DNA of 64,000 bases from Macrostomum lignano (Eukaryota), in contig NIVC01001106.1 in the NCBI GenBank assembly GCA_002269645.1, forward strand, positions 167,979 to 231,978, written 5' to 3'. The notes beneath the pieces are model-generated. The model saw nothing but the letters and a program-made list of their open reading frames with translations, was not told the DNA's origin and did not search any database. Both the position numbers and the translations under genes were made by a program. The stretch's first letter is position 1. Each line of letters starts with the position of its first letter. Of the stretch, positions 53,880 through 64,000 are shown in pieces.

Positions 53880-54765
53880 GTAGGTTGTGTAGATGGGAAA
53901 TGGGGAATGTCCGGTAGCTTGTATAGATGGGGAATGTATGGTAGCTTGTATAGATGAGGAATGTCTGGTAGCTTGTATAGATGAGGAATGTCTGGTAGCT
54001 TGTATAGATGGGGAATGTCCGGTAGCTTGTATAGATGGGGAATGTCCGGTAGCTTGTATAGATGGGGAATTTCCGGTAGCTTGTATAGATGGAGAATGTC
54101 CGGTAGCTTGTATAGATGGGGAATGTCCGGTAGCTTGTATAGATGGGGAATGTCCGGTAGCTTGTATAGATGGGGAATGTCCGTTAGCTTGTATAGATGG
54201 GGAATTTCCGGTAGCTTGTATGGATGGGAAATGTCCGTTAGCTTGTATAGATGGGGAATGTCCGTTAGCTTGTATAGATGGGGAATGTCCGTTAGCTTGT
54301 ATAGATGGGGAATGTCCGGTAGCTTGTATAGATGGGGAATGTCCGGTAGCTTGTATAGATGGGGAATGTCCGGTAGCTTGTATAGATGGGGAATTTCCGG
54401 TAGCTTGTATAGATGGAGAATGTCCGGTAGCTTGTATAGATGGGGAATGTCCGGTAGCTTGTATAGATGGGGAATGTCCGGTAGCTTGTATAGATGGGGA
54501 ATGTCCGTTAGCTTGTATAGATGGGGAATTTCCGGTAGCTTGTATGGATGGGAAATGTCCGTTAGCTTGTATAGATGGGGAATGTCCGTTAGCTTGTATA
54601 GATGGGGAATGTCCGTTAGCTTATATAGATGGGGAATGTCCGGTAGCTTGTATGGATGGGAAATGTCCGTTAGCTTGTATAGATGGGGAATGTCCGTTAG
54701 CTTGTATAGATAGGGAATTTCCGGTAGCTTGTATAGATGGAGAATGTCCGGTAGCTTGTATAAAT
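53880..54765. repeat. 27-bp minisatellite starting just after the MiT/TFE donor
   Basis: (GTAGCTTGTATAGATGGGGAATGTCCG)n. Confidence 0.96.
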
Positions 54766-55299
54766 GTCAGTTAGCAGTATACGGTAGATGAGGGTTTCCT
54801 GTGGTTTGTATATCATTTGGTTTTCAATGCGGAAACCTGGTCTGAATTCCTCTCGTAGCAGTCGATCCAGTCACCGCATCTCTGTAGAAATCGTTGCTTT
54901 AGACAAGGCATGTTTTCATCAGTACCGCCTTCTTAGAGACTGTCTTAGTAATTGCCAGACCCTCGACAGATGTTGAGCTATTTTTTCCAATGCAAATCGC
55001 TTTGGGAGTTAATTGCTATAGTGTACTAGCTGAGTCTGGTCTGGGTGACTGGGTTTTTTTCAAGGCGAGATGTCGAGTGCCTAATTTTAGGCAATTTCGA
55101 GTTTGGGTGACGCACGAGGCTATGGGAAAAAGGGGTTCCAAGCGTCTGTCACGTGCCTCTGCTCAATTTCTGTTCGCCACCTTGTTATTATCTTGTCTCG
55201 GAGTAGACAGGTGTTCTCCCCAAACACGTATGCTTTTTTGTACTGCTTAGCTGAATAGAAAATTATTGTATTACTGCGTGTGCTCACAGATTCAAAATG

Positions 55300-55850
55300 A
55301 TATCATCATAGACTAGAGATGGAGGGTGAGATAGATCATCATAGACTAGAGATCGAGGGTGAGATAGATCATCATAGACTAGAGATGGAGGGTGAGATAG
55401 ATCATCATAGACTAGAGATGGAGGGTGAGATAGATCATCATAGACTAGAGATGGAGGGTAAGATAGATCATCATAGACTAGAGATGGAGGGTGAGATAGA
55501 TCATCATAGACTAGAGATGGAGGGTGAGATAGATCATCATAGACTAGAGGTGGAGGGTGAGATAGATCATCATAGACTAGAGATGGAGGGTGAGATATAT
55601 CATCATAGACTAGAGGTGGAGGGTGAGATGGATCATCATAGACTAGAGATGGAGGGTGAGATGGATCATCATAGACTAGAGATGGAGGGTGAGATAGATC
55701 ATCATAGACTAGAGATGGAGGGTGAGATGGATCATCATAGACTAGAGATGGAGGTAGGATGAGATAGATCATCATAGATCATAGATGATCTATGACTATG
55801 ACTAGAGATTGAGAGTGAGATACAGTAGATCATCATAGACTAGAGATGAA
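55300..55850. repeat. 33-bp minisatellite
   Basis: (GATCATCATAGACTAGAGATGGAGGGTGAGATA)n. Confidence 0.96.
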
Positions 55851-56329
55851 GAGTAAGAACCCTTGGTTGGTCGAAGTTAAAGTACAAATAATTTGTACTT
55901 TAACTTCTTGTCTCTCGTGTCACTTCAGCTCATAAGCATCTATCTGTGTCCAAAATTTAAGCTCTTCTCTTCGCACTCTTTTTAGATAATAATCTGTGTG
56001 CCGCTATGCTGTAACAGATCCACCAACTTAGATTTCAATACTTTACATTGAGTGCGTGGCTTCAATGGCTATACTTTGCAGCAGTGCTGCACTGATTTTG
56101 TAACTTGATTAGCTGCAACTCTGCAATTCTGTTGCAAAGATATTACAGCAGGGCAACTGACTGTGCTTCTGTCTGTTAAAAGCACGCTTTTACTGTTTGC
56201 CTACTTTGTGCCATTTATTATGTTTCTCGTCTCTCTGCGCCTATGACTAAACTGATGCAGTGACTGAATTGGGTTGATCGCGGGGTGTAGCGCTGTTGCC
56301 ATACTCCAGATGGAGCTGCATCATTTCGT

Positions 56330-57730
56330 GTCTGTCTGTCAGTTTGTGTGTCTGTCTGTCAGTTTGTGTGTCTTGCCTGTCTGTCAGTTTGTGTGTCTTG
56401 TCTGTCTGTCAGTTTGTGTGTCTTGTCTGTCTGTCAGTTTGTGTGTCTTGTCTGTCTGTCAGTTTGTGTGTCTTGTCTGTCTGTCAGTTTGTGTGTCTTG
56501 TCTTGTCTGTCAGTTTATGTGTCTTGTCTGTCTGTCAGTTTGTGTGTCTTGTCTTGTCTGTCAGTTTGTGTGTCTTGTCTGTCTGTCAGTTTGTGTGTCT
56601 TGTCTGTCTGTCAGTTTGTTTGTCTTGTCTGTCTGTCAGTTTGTGTGTCTTGTCTGTCTGTCAGTTTGTGTGTCTTGTCTGTCAGTCAGTTTGTGTGTCT
56701 TGTCTGTCTGTCAGTTTGTGTGTCTTGTCTGTCTGTCAGTTTGTGTGTCTTGTCTATCTGTCAGTTTGTGTGTCTTGTCTGTCTGTCAGTTTTTGTGTTT
56801 TGTCTGTCTGTCAGTTTGTGTGTCTTGTCTGTCTGTCAGTTTGTGTGTCTTGTCTGTCTGTCAGTTTGTGTGTCTTGTCTGTCTGTCAGTTTGTGTGTCT
56901 TGTCTGTCTGTCAGTTTGTGTGTCTTGTCTGTCTGTCAGTTTGTGTGTCTTGTCTGTCTGTCAGTTTGTGTGTCTTGTCTGTCTGTCAGTTTGTGTGTCT
57001 TGTCTTGTCTGTCAGTTTATGTGTCTTGTCTGTCTGTCAGTTTGTGTGTCTTGTCTTGTCTGTCAGTTTGTGTGTCTTGTCTTGTCTGTCAGTTTGTGTG
57101 TCTTGTCTGTCTGTCAGTTTGTTTGTCTTGTCTGTCTGTCAGTTTGTGTGTCTTGTCTGTCTGTCAGTTTGTGTGTCTTGTCTGTCTGTCAGTTTGTGTG
57201 TCTTGTCTGTCTGTCAGTTTGTGTGTCTTGTCTGTCTGTCAGTTTGTGTGTCTTGTCTGTCTGTCAGTTTTTGTGTTTTGTCTGTCTGTCAGTTTGTGTG
57301 TCTTGTCTGTCTGTCAGTTTGTGTGTCTTGTCTGTCAGTTTGTGTGTCTTGTCTGTCTGTCAGTTTGTGTGTCTTGTCTGTCTGTCAGTTTTTTGTGTGT
57401 CTTGTCTGTCTGTCAGTTTGTGTGTCTTGTCTGTCTGTCAGTTTGTGTGTCTTGTCTTTCAGTTTGTGTGTCTTGTCTGTCTGTCAGTTTGTGTGTCTTG
57501 TCTGTCTGTCAGTTTGTGTGTCTTGTCTGTCTGTCTGCCTGCCTGTCTGTCTGTCTTAGTGTCTGTCTGTCTGTGTCTGTTTGTCTGTCCGCCTGTCTGT
57601 CTGTCTACCTGCCTGTCTACCTGTCTGTGTCTGTCTGTTTGTTTGTCTGTTTGCCTGTCTGTGTCTGTTTATTTGTCCTCTGTCGTTTATTTATTTATTT
57701 ATGTATGTATCTATCTTTCTATCTATTTAT
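56330..57730. repeat. 25-bp GT-rich minisatellite grading into (GTCT)n and (TATC)n
   Basis: (GTCTGTCTGTCAGTTTGTGTGTCTT)n. Confidence 0.96.
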
Positions 57731-58124
57731 TTATTAATCTATTTGTCTGTCATTTTCAGCCGGTTATCTATATCTTTGGCACCCGGTGTCGCTCTGTTCT
57801 CAGCGCCGTTAGACGATCGCACCCCAGTCTAGTCTTAGCGGAGTGACATTTCCAAATGATTGCAGCTACTTGCTGTAATATTGTAGCTGTGCTATTTTAT
57901 ACTTCTAAAGTATAGAAAGCTGTGTTTGTATAGTAAATAAGAAAATTAGAAACCCTATTTAGTGTTGTTGAGAGCCTCCGATATGATTAGTGACTGAATT
58001 TCTTTGGCTCAGTTCCAAAAAGAATTACGTCGGAAATTTGCGTCTGGCAAGCCATTGATAAGAGTTCTTTCAGTTAAACCGCCTCTGAAGCTTGTACGTG
58101 AATTCAGGATTTTCAGGGTGTGTC

Positions 58125-58850
58125 ATGTAGATAGAGACTGAGTCAGGATTGGGTCATGTCATAGATAGAGACTCGGTCAGGTTTGGGTCATGTAGATAAG
58201 ACTGGGTCAGGATTGGGTCATGTAGATAGAGACTGGGTCAGGGTTGGGTCATGTAGATAAAGACTGGTCAGGATTGGGTCATGTGATAGATAGACACTCG
58301 GTCAGGAGGGTTGGGTCATGTAGATAGAGACTGGGTCAGGGTTGGGTCATGTAGATAAAGACTGGGTCAGGGTTGGGTCATGCAGATAAAGACTGGTCAG
58401 GATTGGGTCATGTGATAGATAGACACTCGGTCCGGAGGGTTGGGTCATGTAGATAGAGACTGGGTCAGGGTTGGGTCATGTAGATAAAGACTGGGTCAGG
58501 GTTGGGTCATGTCATAGATAGAGACTCGGTCAGGGTTGGGTCATGTAGATAGAGACTGGGTCAAGGTTGGGTCATGTCATAGAGACTAGGTCAGGGTTGG
58601 GTCATGTCATAGAGACTAGGTCAAGGTTGGGTCATGTCATAGAGACTGAGCCAAGGTTGGGTCATGTCATAGAGACTGAGCCAAGGTTGGGTCATGTCAT
58701 AGAGACTGAGCCAAGGTTGGGTCATGTCATAGAGACTGAGCCAAGGTTGGGTCATGTCATAGAGACTGAGCCAAGGTTGGGTCATGTCATAGAGACTGAG
58801 CCAAGGTTGGGTCATGTCATAGAGACTGGGTCAGGTTTGGGTCATATCGT
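58125..58850. repeat. ~28-30-bp minisatellite upstream of the bHLH exon
   Basis: (GGTTGGGTCATGTCATAGAGACTGAGCCAA)n variants. Confidence 0.94.
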
Positions 58851-58970
58851 AGATGGCTGATGGATAAGGGATGAATTACTTGAAGTATGTATACTAAGAA
58901 TGGGTCAGGGATGGGTCATGCATTTTTGCACTCCGTGCCTCTCACCAGCCCTCCTATCCGGATCCCTCAG

Positions 58971-59428
58971 GTCACAGTAGGCTGCGGCTTCGGCTCCGGA
59001 GCCGCCGTCTCCGCCGCTGTCCACCAACTGGACGTCAGTCGCGTCCTCACCGACGATCCAGACGATGATGGAGACGAAGATGACGATGAAGAGGACGCCG
59101 GCGTGTCTGGCGGAGGCGGTGGCAGCGGCGGCGGCACTCGAGCGGACGCCTTCTCGGCTCCGGCCGGCTCCACCCACCTGCTGGCTCTGCAGACCTCGCC
59201 GCTGCCCAACAGCCGTAGCGCCGGCCTGGCCTGCCTTCTTGAACACGCGGGCAGCGACTCCGGCAGGGCCGACACCGCCTCGGTCGCCTCAGCTTCGCCG
59301 GCTACAGTGAATCGCGAGCGCTGCAAAAAAGATTCGCACAATCGTATCGAACGGAAACGGCGGGATAATATTAATCATCAGATTAGCGAGCTGGGCGACT
59401 GCATTCCGAAGGCCTGGTTCAAGGACAG
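58971..59428 (+). CDS. MITF: MiT/TFE exon with basic region and helix 1
   Basis: KKDSHNRIERKRRDNINHQISELGDCIPK matches MiT/[26 protein letters not shown]..IPK, with the H-E-R residues that read CACGTG. Acceptor CCCTCAG, donor AG|GTTAGT, phase 2. Confidence 0.9.
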
Positions 59429-59597
59429 GTTAGTAGCCAATTCTTCACCCTGACCATCTTTACTACTTACTTTTCATTTAGTAAGTAGCAACTCACACCT
59501 ATGACGGCCAACCCCAAGGCACACAGAGTGTACATAAAAATTTTACCATTTTAATTGGCACTACTATTTTTTTTCAAATCACCCGCCCTTTTCACAG

Positions 59598-59757
59598 CGA
59601 TCTGAAGAAGAACAAGGGCAACATATTGAAGGCGTCAGTAGAGTACATTCGCGACATTCAGACGCAGAATGGTCGGCTGCAGGAGCGGCTGGATCTGGCT
59701 GCTGATCGTCAGCGCAAGGTGGAGCAGCTCAATAGGGAACTGTTTGTGCGAATGCAG
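59598..59757 (+). CDS. MITF: MiT/TFE exon with helix 2 and leucine zipper
   Basis: Hand translation DLKKNKGNILKASVEYIRDIQTQNGRLQERL...LNRELFVRMQ resembles NKGTILKASVDYIRKLQ. Acceptor TTTTCACAG, donor AG|GTGAGT. Confidence 0.93.
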
Positions 59758-59814
59758 GTGAGTAGCTGCTCAAAGCTTATCTGGCTACCTTAGTTTCTGT
59801 CTATTTTAATAATT

Positions 59815-60375
59815 TAGATCCTCAGTTGCTGGGCCAGCCTCCCAGATCCTCAGTTGCTGGGCCAGCCTCCCAGATCCTCAGTTGCTGGGCCAGCCTCCCA
59901 GATCCCCAGTTGCTGGGCCAGCCTCCCAGATCCTCAGTTGCTGGGCCAGCCTCCCAGATCCTCAGTTGCTGGGCCAGCCTCCCAGATCCTCAGTTGCTGG
60001 GCCAGCCTCCCAGATCCTCAGTTGCTGGGCCAGCCTCCCAGATTCCCAGTTGCTGGGCCAGCCTCCCAGATCCTCAGTTGCTGGGCCAGCCTCCCAGATC
60101 CCCAGTTGCTGGGCCAGCCTCCCAGATCCTCAGTTGCTGGGCCAGCCTCCCAGATCCTCAGTTGCTGGGCCAGCCTCCCAGATCCTCAGTTGCTGGGCCA
60201 GCCTCCCAGATCCTCAGTTGCTGGGCCAGCCTCCCAGATCCTCAGTTGCTGGGCCAGCCTCCCAGATCCTCAGTTGCTGGGCCAGCCTCCCAGATCCCCA
60301 GTTGCTGGGCCAGCCTCCCAGATCCCCAGTTGCTGGGCCAGCCTCCCAGATCCCCAGTTGCTGGGCCGGCCTCCA
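59815..60375. repeat. 28-bp minisatellite filling most of the last MiT/TFE intron
   Basis: (CTCAGTTGCTGGGCCAGCCTCCCAGATC)n, ~20 copies. Confidence 0.96.
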
Positions 60376-60411
60376 ATTTTAAACGCATCAATCCCTTTTC
60401 TCGGATCCCAG

Positions 60412-60687
60412 GATCTGCACAAGGTGATGATATCCCACGGAATTGCCAAAGCTGACGATGGCGACGCGGAATGCGGCATCGCCGGCGACGACCATCTGAT
60501 CCGAGACCTGCTGTGCCTGCTGTCGTCTGGCGGCGCCGATCAAGCAGCAGCTGGACAGCAGGGTTTGCCGACAGTCACAGCCGACAGTCAGGTGCAGCGG
60601 AACGCCACCGTTAAACAGGAGCCAATCGTGATAGCCTGCGACAGCGATGATTCTATGGCTGACGAGCCCGGGTCCTCCTTTAGTTGA
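60412..60687 (+). CDS. MITF: MiT/TFE terminal exon
   Basis: DLHKVMISHGI follows RMQ, like IQELEMQARAHGL. Acceptor TCCCAG, phase 0, stop TGA at 60685-60687. Confidence 0.8.
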   Translation, partial: DLHKVMISHGIAKADDGDAECGIAGDDHLIRDLLCLLSSGGADQAAAGQQGLPTVTADSQVQRNATVKQEPIVIACDSDDSMADEPGSSFS

Positions 60688-61180
60688 TTTGGTGCTCAAT
60701 CTGCTGTGCGTTCTTTTCGCTACTCGTAAAATCCTTTTGCGCCTACTTGTCAGTAGCTGGTTGAGCGCTTTGCTTGCTAAATTCTTGTTTGGCTATATGA
60801 GAGAATTTTTTAACCCGAGCAGATTTGTTTTATAGTTGCTTTAATTGCAGCTTTTTTAAACAACAATCAAAATATAGCAAACTGGTTTGTAATTAAGGCT
60901 AAGCTCTGTGCAATCATCGTGCATCCGTTCTTGAAATGTAATTCATATAATTCATATCTCCGCTCTGTCCTAGACAAGTCATGTAGAAAAATCTGGGTTT
61001 TCTCACAATTTCTTTTGTTTTAATTTATGGCCGCTATATTGATTGCTTTATCGCTGCTTGCTTACTAAATAGCTTCCAGCAGTACCTTTTTTCCTCGGAG
61101 TATTTTTGTTTGTAAATATTTTGTTATACTAGTGTATGCAAACAGCATCAAGTCCTCGTGTGTCCAGTATGAGTTTTAAT

Positions 61181-61625
61181 CAGCAGCGAGTCACGTGACG
61201 CGCTGGATTTTTGGTCTAGCATTGATGTACATCGGCAGCGACTGTACATAGATAGATCAAGCCCTCCGGGTGCGGCCAGTAAAGGCCGCTAGATAAAATA
61301 TTTTATTTAACAGCGAGTCACGTGACGCGCTGGATTTTTGGTCTAGCATTGATGTACATCGGCAGCGACTGTACATAGATAGATCAAACCCTCAAGGGTA
61401 CGGGCAGTTAAAACCGCTAGATAAAATATTTTATTTAACAGCAAGTCACGTGACGCGCTGGATTTTTGGTCTAGCATTGATGTACATCGGCAGCGACTGT
61501 ACATAGATAGATCAAGCCCTCCGGGTGCGGCCAGTTAAAGCCGCTAGATAAATTATTTTATTTAACAGCAAGTCACGTGACGCATTTGGTTATCGACTTA
61601 TCGGTCTAGCATTGATGTACATTGG
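61181..61625. repeat. 127-bp tandem repeat, ~3.5 copies, each with GTCACGTGAC
   Basis: The motif lies at 61190, 61317, 61445 and 61572 (spacing 127, 128, 127). Confidence 0.93.
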
Positions 61626-62579
61626 CCTGCGCAGAATTGAATGTGCATTATACCTCTCAGAGTGAGGGCAGTTAAAGATTTTTTATCTGAGAGCAGTTCT
61701 GGACAAGCACGGGGAATGAGTCTGCAATTCGCATATTGTAAAATACATCACTTATTTAACTGTAGTAAAAACCGGTTATGTTTTGTTGCTCAATATAGCA
61801 CACACATTATTAATAATTGTAAATAATTTCTACCTTATTCAGAGTTCCAGCCGATGTTTTTAGATAGCAAAAATGATTAATATTTTGTAAATTTCTTGCG
61901 CAGAGTTTTACAATTAGTGAAGAGCGCAATGGCTTGGCTGAACTGTCGCAATGCTTCAAAAAGGTGAAAATCTCGTCATTGAGTAGCTGGCAGTTCAACG
62001 CTGTTTTAATTATATTTTGTATATAAAACATTGAACGTATCGATTCCTGTACATAAAATTATATTTTTAACCGCTATCAATTCGGTGACTACAATAATTG
62101 ATTTTTATGGGTTTTTGTGCTGCTTGCATCAGGGGCGATTTGTAGGAGGACGGGAAAACCTAGTTTCTTAGAAAGAATTTTTGGGAGGCTGGATTTGCCT
62201 CCCAAATAGTTTTTCTTTATTTCTGGCGCAAACCCAGCCTTCAAAATGTTGCCCTCGGCTCTGTGTCCGTACAAATTATTTTACCGACACAATGTAAAGA
62301 CAGCGCGCGTCAAAAAATTGCTGCAGATGTTTTTCTTCTTTTTTTATTTCAGCTTTGTTGCTTCTGATTGTCGCTGTTGTTTCTTTTTCGGCCTGTCTAC
62401 CAGATTTTTTGACAGAACTCCTAGATTTGATTGTAAATTTATTGAATTTGTAAATAAATCAGTTCAACTGACTTGAAATCTGATTTTGTTTCTGAATAAA
62501 TTGAAAATGAAAACTTATATGATTTCTGTTTGGTTTGTATTTTTAGTATCTATATCCTAACTCGAATAATTGGTCTTCT

Positions 62580-63610
62580 TCACCCAATTTAGACACAGCT
62601 TCACCCAATTTAGACACAGCTTGATCCATTGTAGACAGCTAGACCCATTTTAGACACAGCTGACCCATTGTAGACAGCTTGACCCATTTTAGACACAGCT
62701 GACCCATTGTAGACAGCTTGACCCATTGTGGACACAGCTTGACCCGTTGTAGACAGCTTGACCCATTGTAGACACAGCTTGACCCATTGTAGATACAGCT
62801 TGATCCATTGTGGACACAGCTTGACCCATTGTAGACAGCTAGACCCATTTTAGACACAGCTGACCCATTGTAGACAGCTTGACCCATTGTGGACACAGCT
62901 TGACCCGTTGTAGACAGCTTGACCCATTGTAGATACAGCTTGACCCATTGTGGATACAGCTTGACCCATTGTAGATACAGCTTGACCCATTGTGGATACA
63001 GCTTGACCCATTGTAGATACAACTTGACCCATTGTGGATACAGCTTGACCCATTGTAGATACAACTTGACCCATTGTAGACACAGCTTGACCCATTGTAG
63101 ACAGCTTGACCCATTGTGGACACAGCTTGACCCGTTGTAGACAGCTTGACCCATTGTAGACACAGCTTGACCCATTGTAGATACAGCTTGATCCATTGTG
63201 GACACAGCTTGACCCATTGTAGACAGCTAGACCCATTGTAGACACAGCTTGACCCATTGTAGACAGCTTGACCCATTGTGGACACAGCTTGACCGTTGTA
63301 GACAGCTTGACCCATTGTAGATACAGCTTGACCCCTTGTGGATACAGCTTGACCCATTGTAGATACAGCTTGACCCATTGTGGATACAGCTTGACCCATT
63401 GTAGATACAACTTGACCCATTGTGGATACAGCTTGACCCATTGTAGATACAACTTGACCCATTGTGGATACAGCTTGACCCATTGTAGATACAACTTGAC
63501 CCATTGTGGATACAGCATGACCCATTGTGGATACAGCTTGACCCATTGTAGACACAGCTTAACCCATTGTAGACACAGCTTGACCCACGGTACAACTTGA
63601 CCCAGTGTAG
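62580..63610. repeat. 19-21-bp minisatellite
   Basis: (CCCATTGTAGACACAGCTTGA)n variants. Confidence 0.95.
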
Positions 63611-64000
63611 ACCCATTTTATGACTGCTGTAAAATTAATGGTAAATAAGCCAAAGATTGTCCGAGATTTCCATTCTAATTGGTTGCAAAGCAAATGTAGA
63701 TTAAAAGGCTTATTTATGTTTCCACAGCTATTACAACCTTGCTGACTTAGTCTAATAAAGTAGCTTATCGCTCGTGAGGCTGATCAAGCAAAAAATACAT
63801 GAATTACACATTATTCTGTTCATTAGGAAGTGGAAAAAATGATAATAATATTCAAGTAATCTATGTATTCAAGTACATTGCATTGGCCAGAAGCTACGTG
63901 TTTTATAAATTTTGATGCAACACGAGTATGGGATTCGAGAAAAGTGAACGAAATTTAAAGCATCGTTTTTTACGATGTTCTTTGTTTGCGCCTTTCTGCA

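Noticed and set aside
62126-62220. CAGGGGCGATTT, a possible hAT 5' terminus
   Set aside because: No matching 3' TIR or TSD found within the window.

Overview
Eukaryotic (animal) genomic DNA: GC-rich spliced exons set in AT-rich introns and spacers packed with about 25 different mini- and microsatellite arrays. The GC-rich exons, dense minisatellites and a two-alpha-crystallin-domain sHSP suggest a free-living flatworm such as Macrostomum; this is inference, not a database result. Genes I could build by hand with frame-consistent GT..AG junctions: a 7-exon NMNAT (minus, 4527-12224, ~417 aa long form or ~290 aa short form), a 2-exon tincar-like membrane protein (plus, 14853-26215, ~780 aa), an intronless p40-type small HSP (41348-42475) and a MiT/TFE (MITF/TFEB-like) bHLH-Zip gene (plus, 53301-60687, ~481 aa). 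Also present: a tRNA-Cys(GCA), a SAP-domain/DIRS-Gag-like ORF broken by one in-frame TAG, a full-length tRNA-SINE with a 12-bp TSD and a covarying hairpin, a CORE-SINE, two foldback MITEs with 8-bp TSDs and a hAT-type MITE. Most long ORFs in the supplied track are translations of tandem repeats and are not genes. The best leads are the perfect CLEAR motifs (GTCACGTGAC) on both sides of the MiT/TFE gene, the stop-overlapping splice donor that gives NMNAT two possible C-termini, the SAP-Gag ORF divergent from MiT/TFE, and the structured SINE family.
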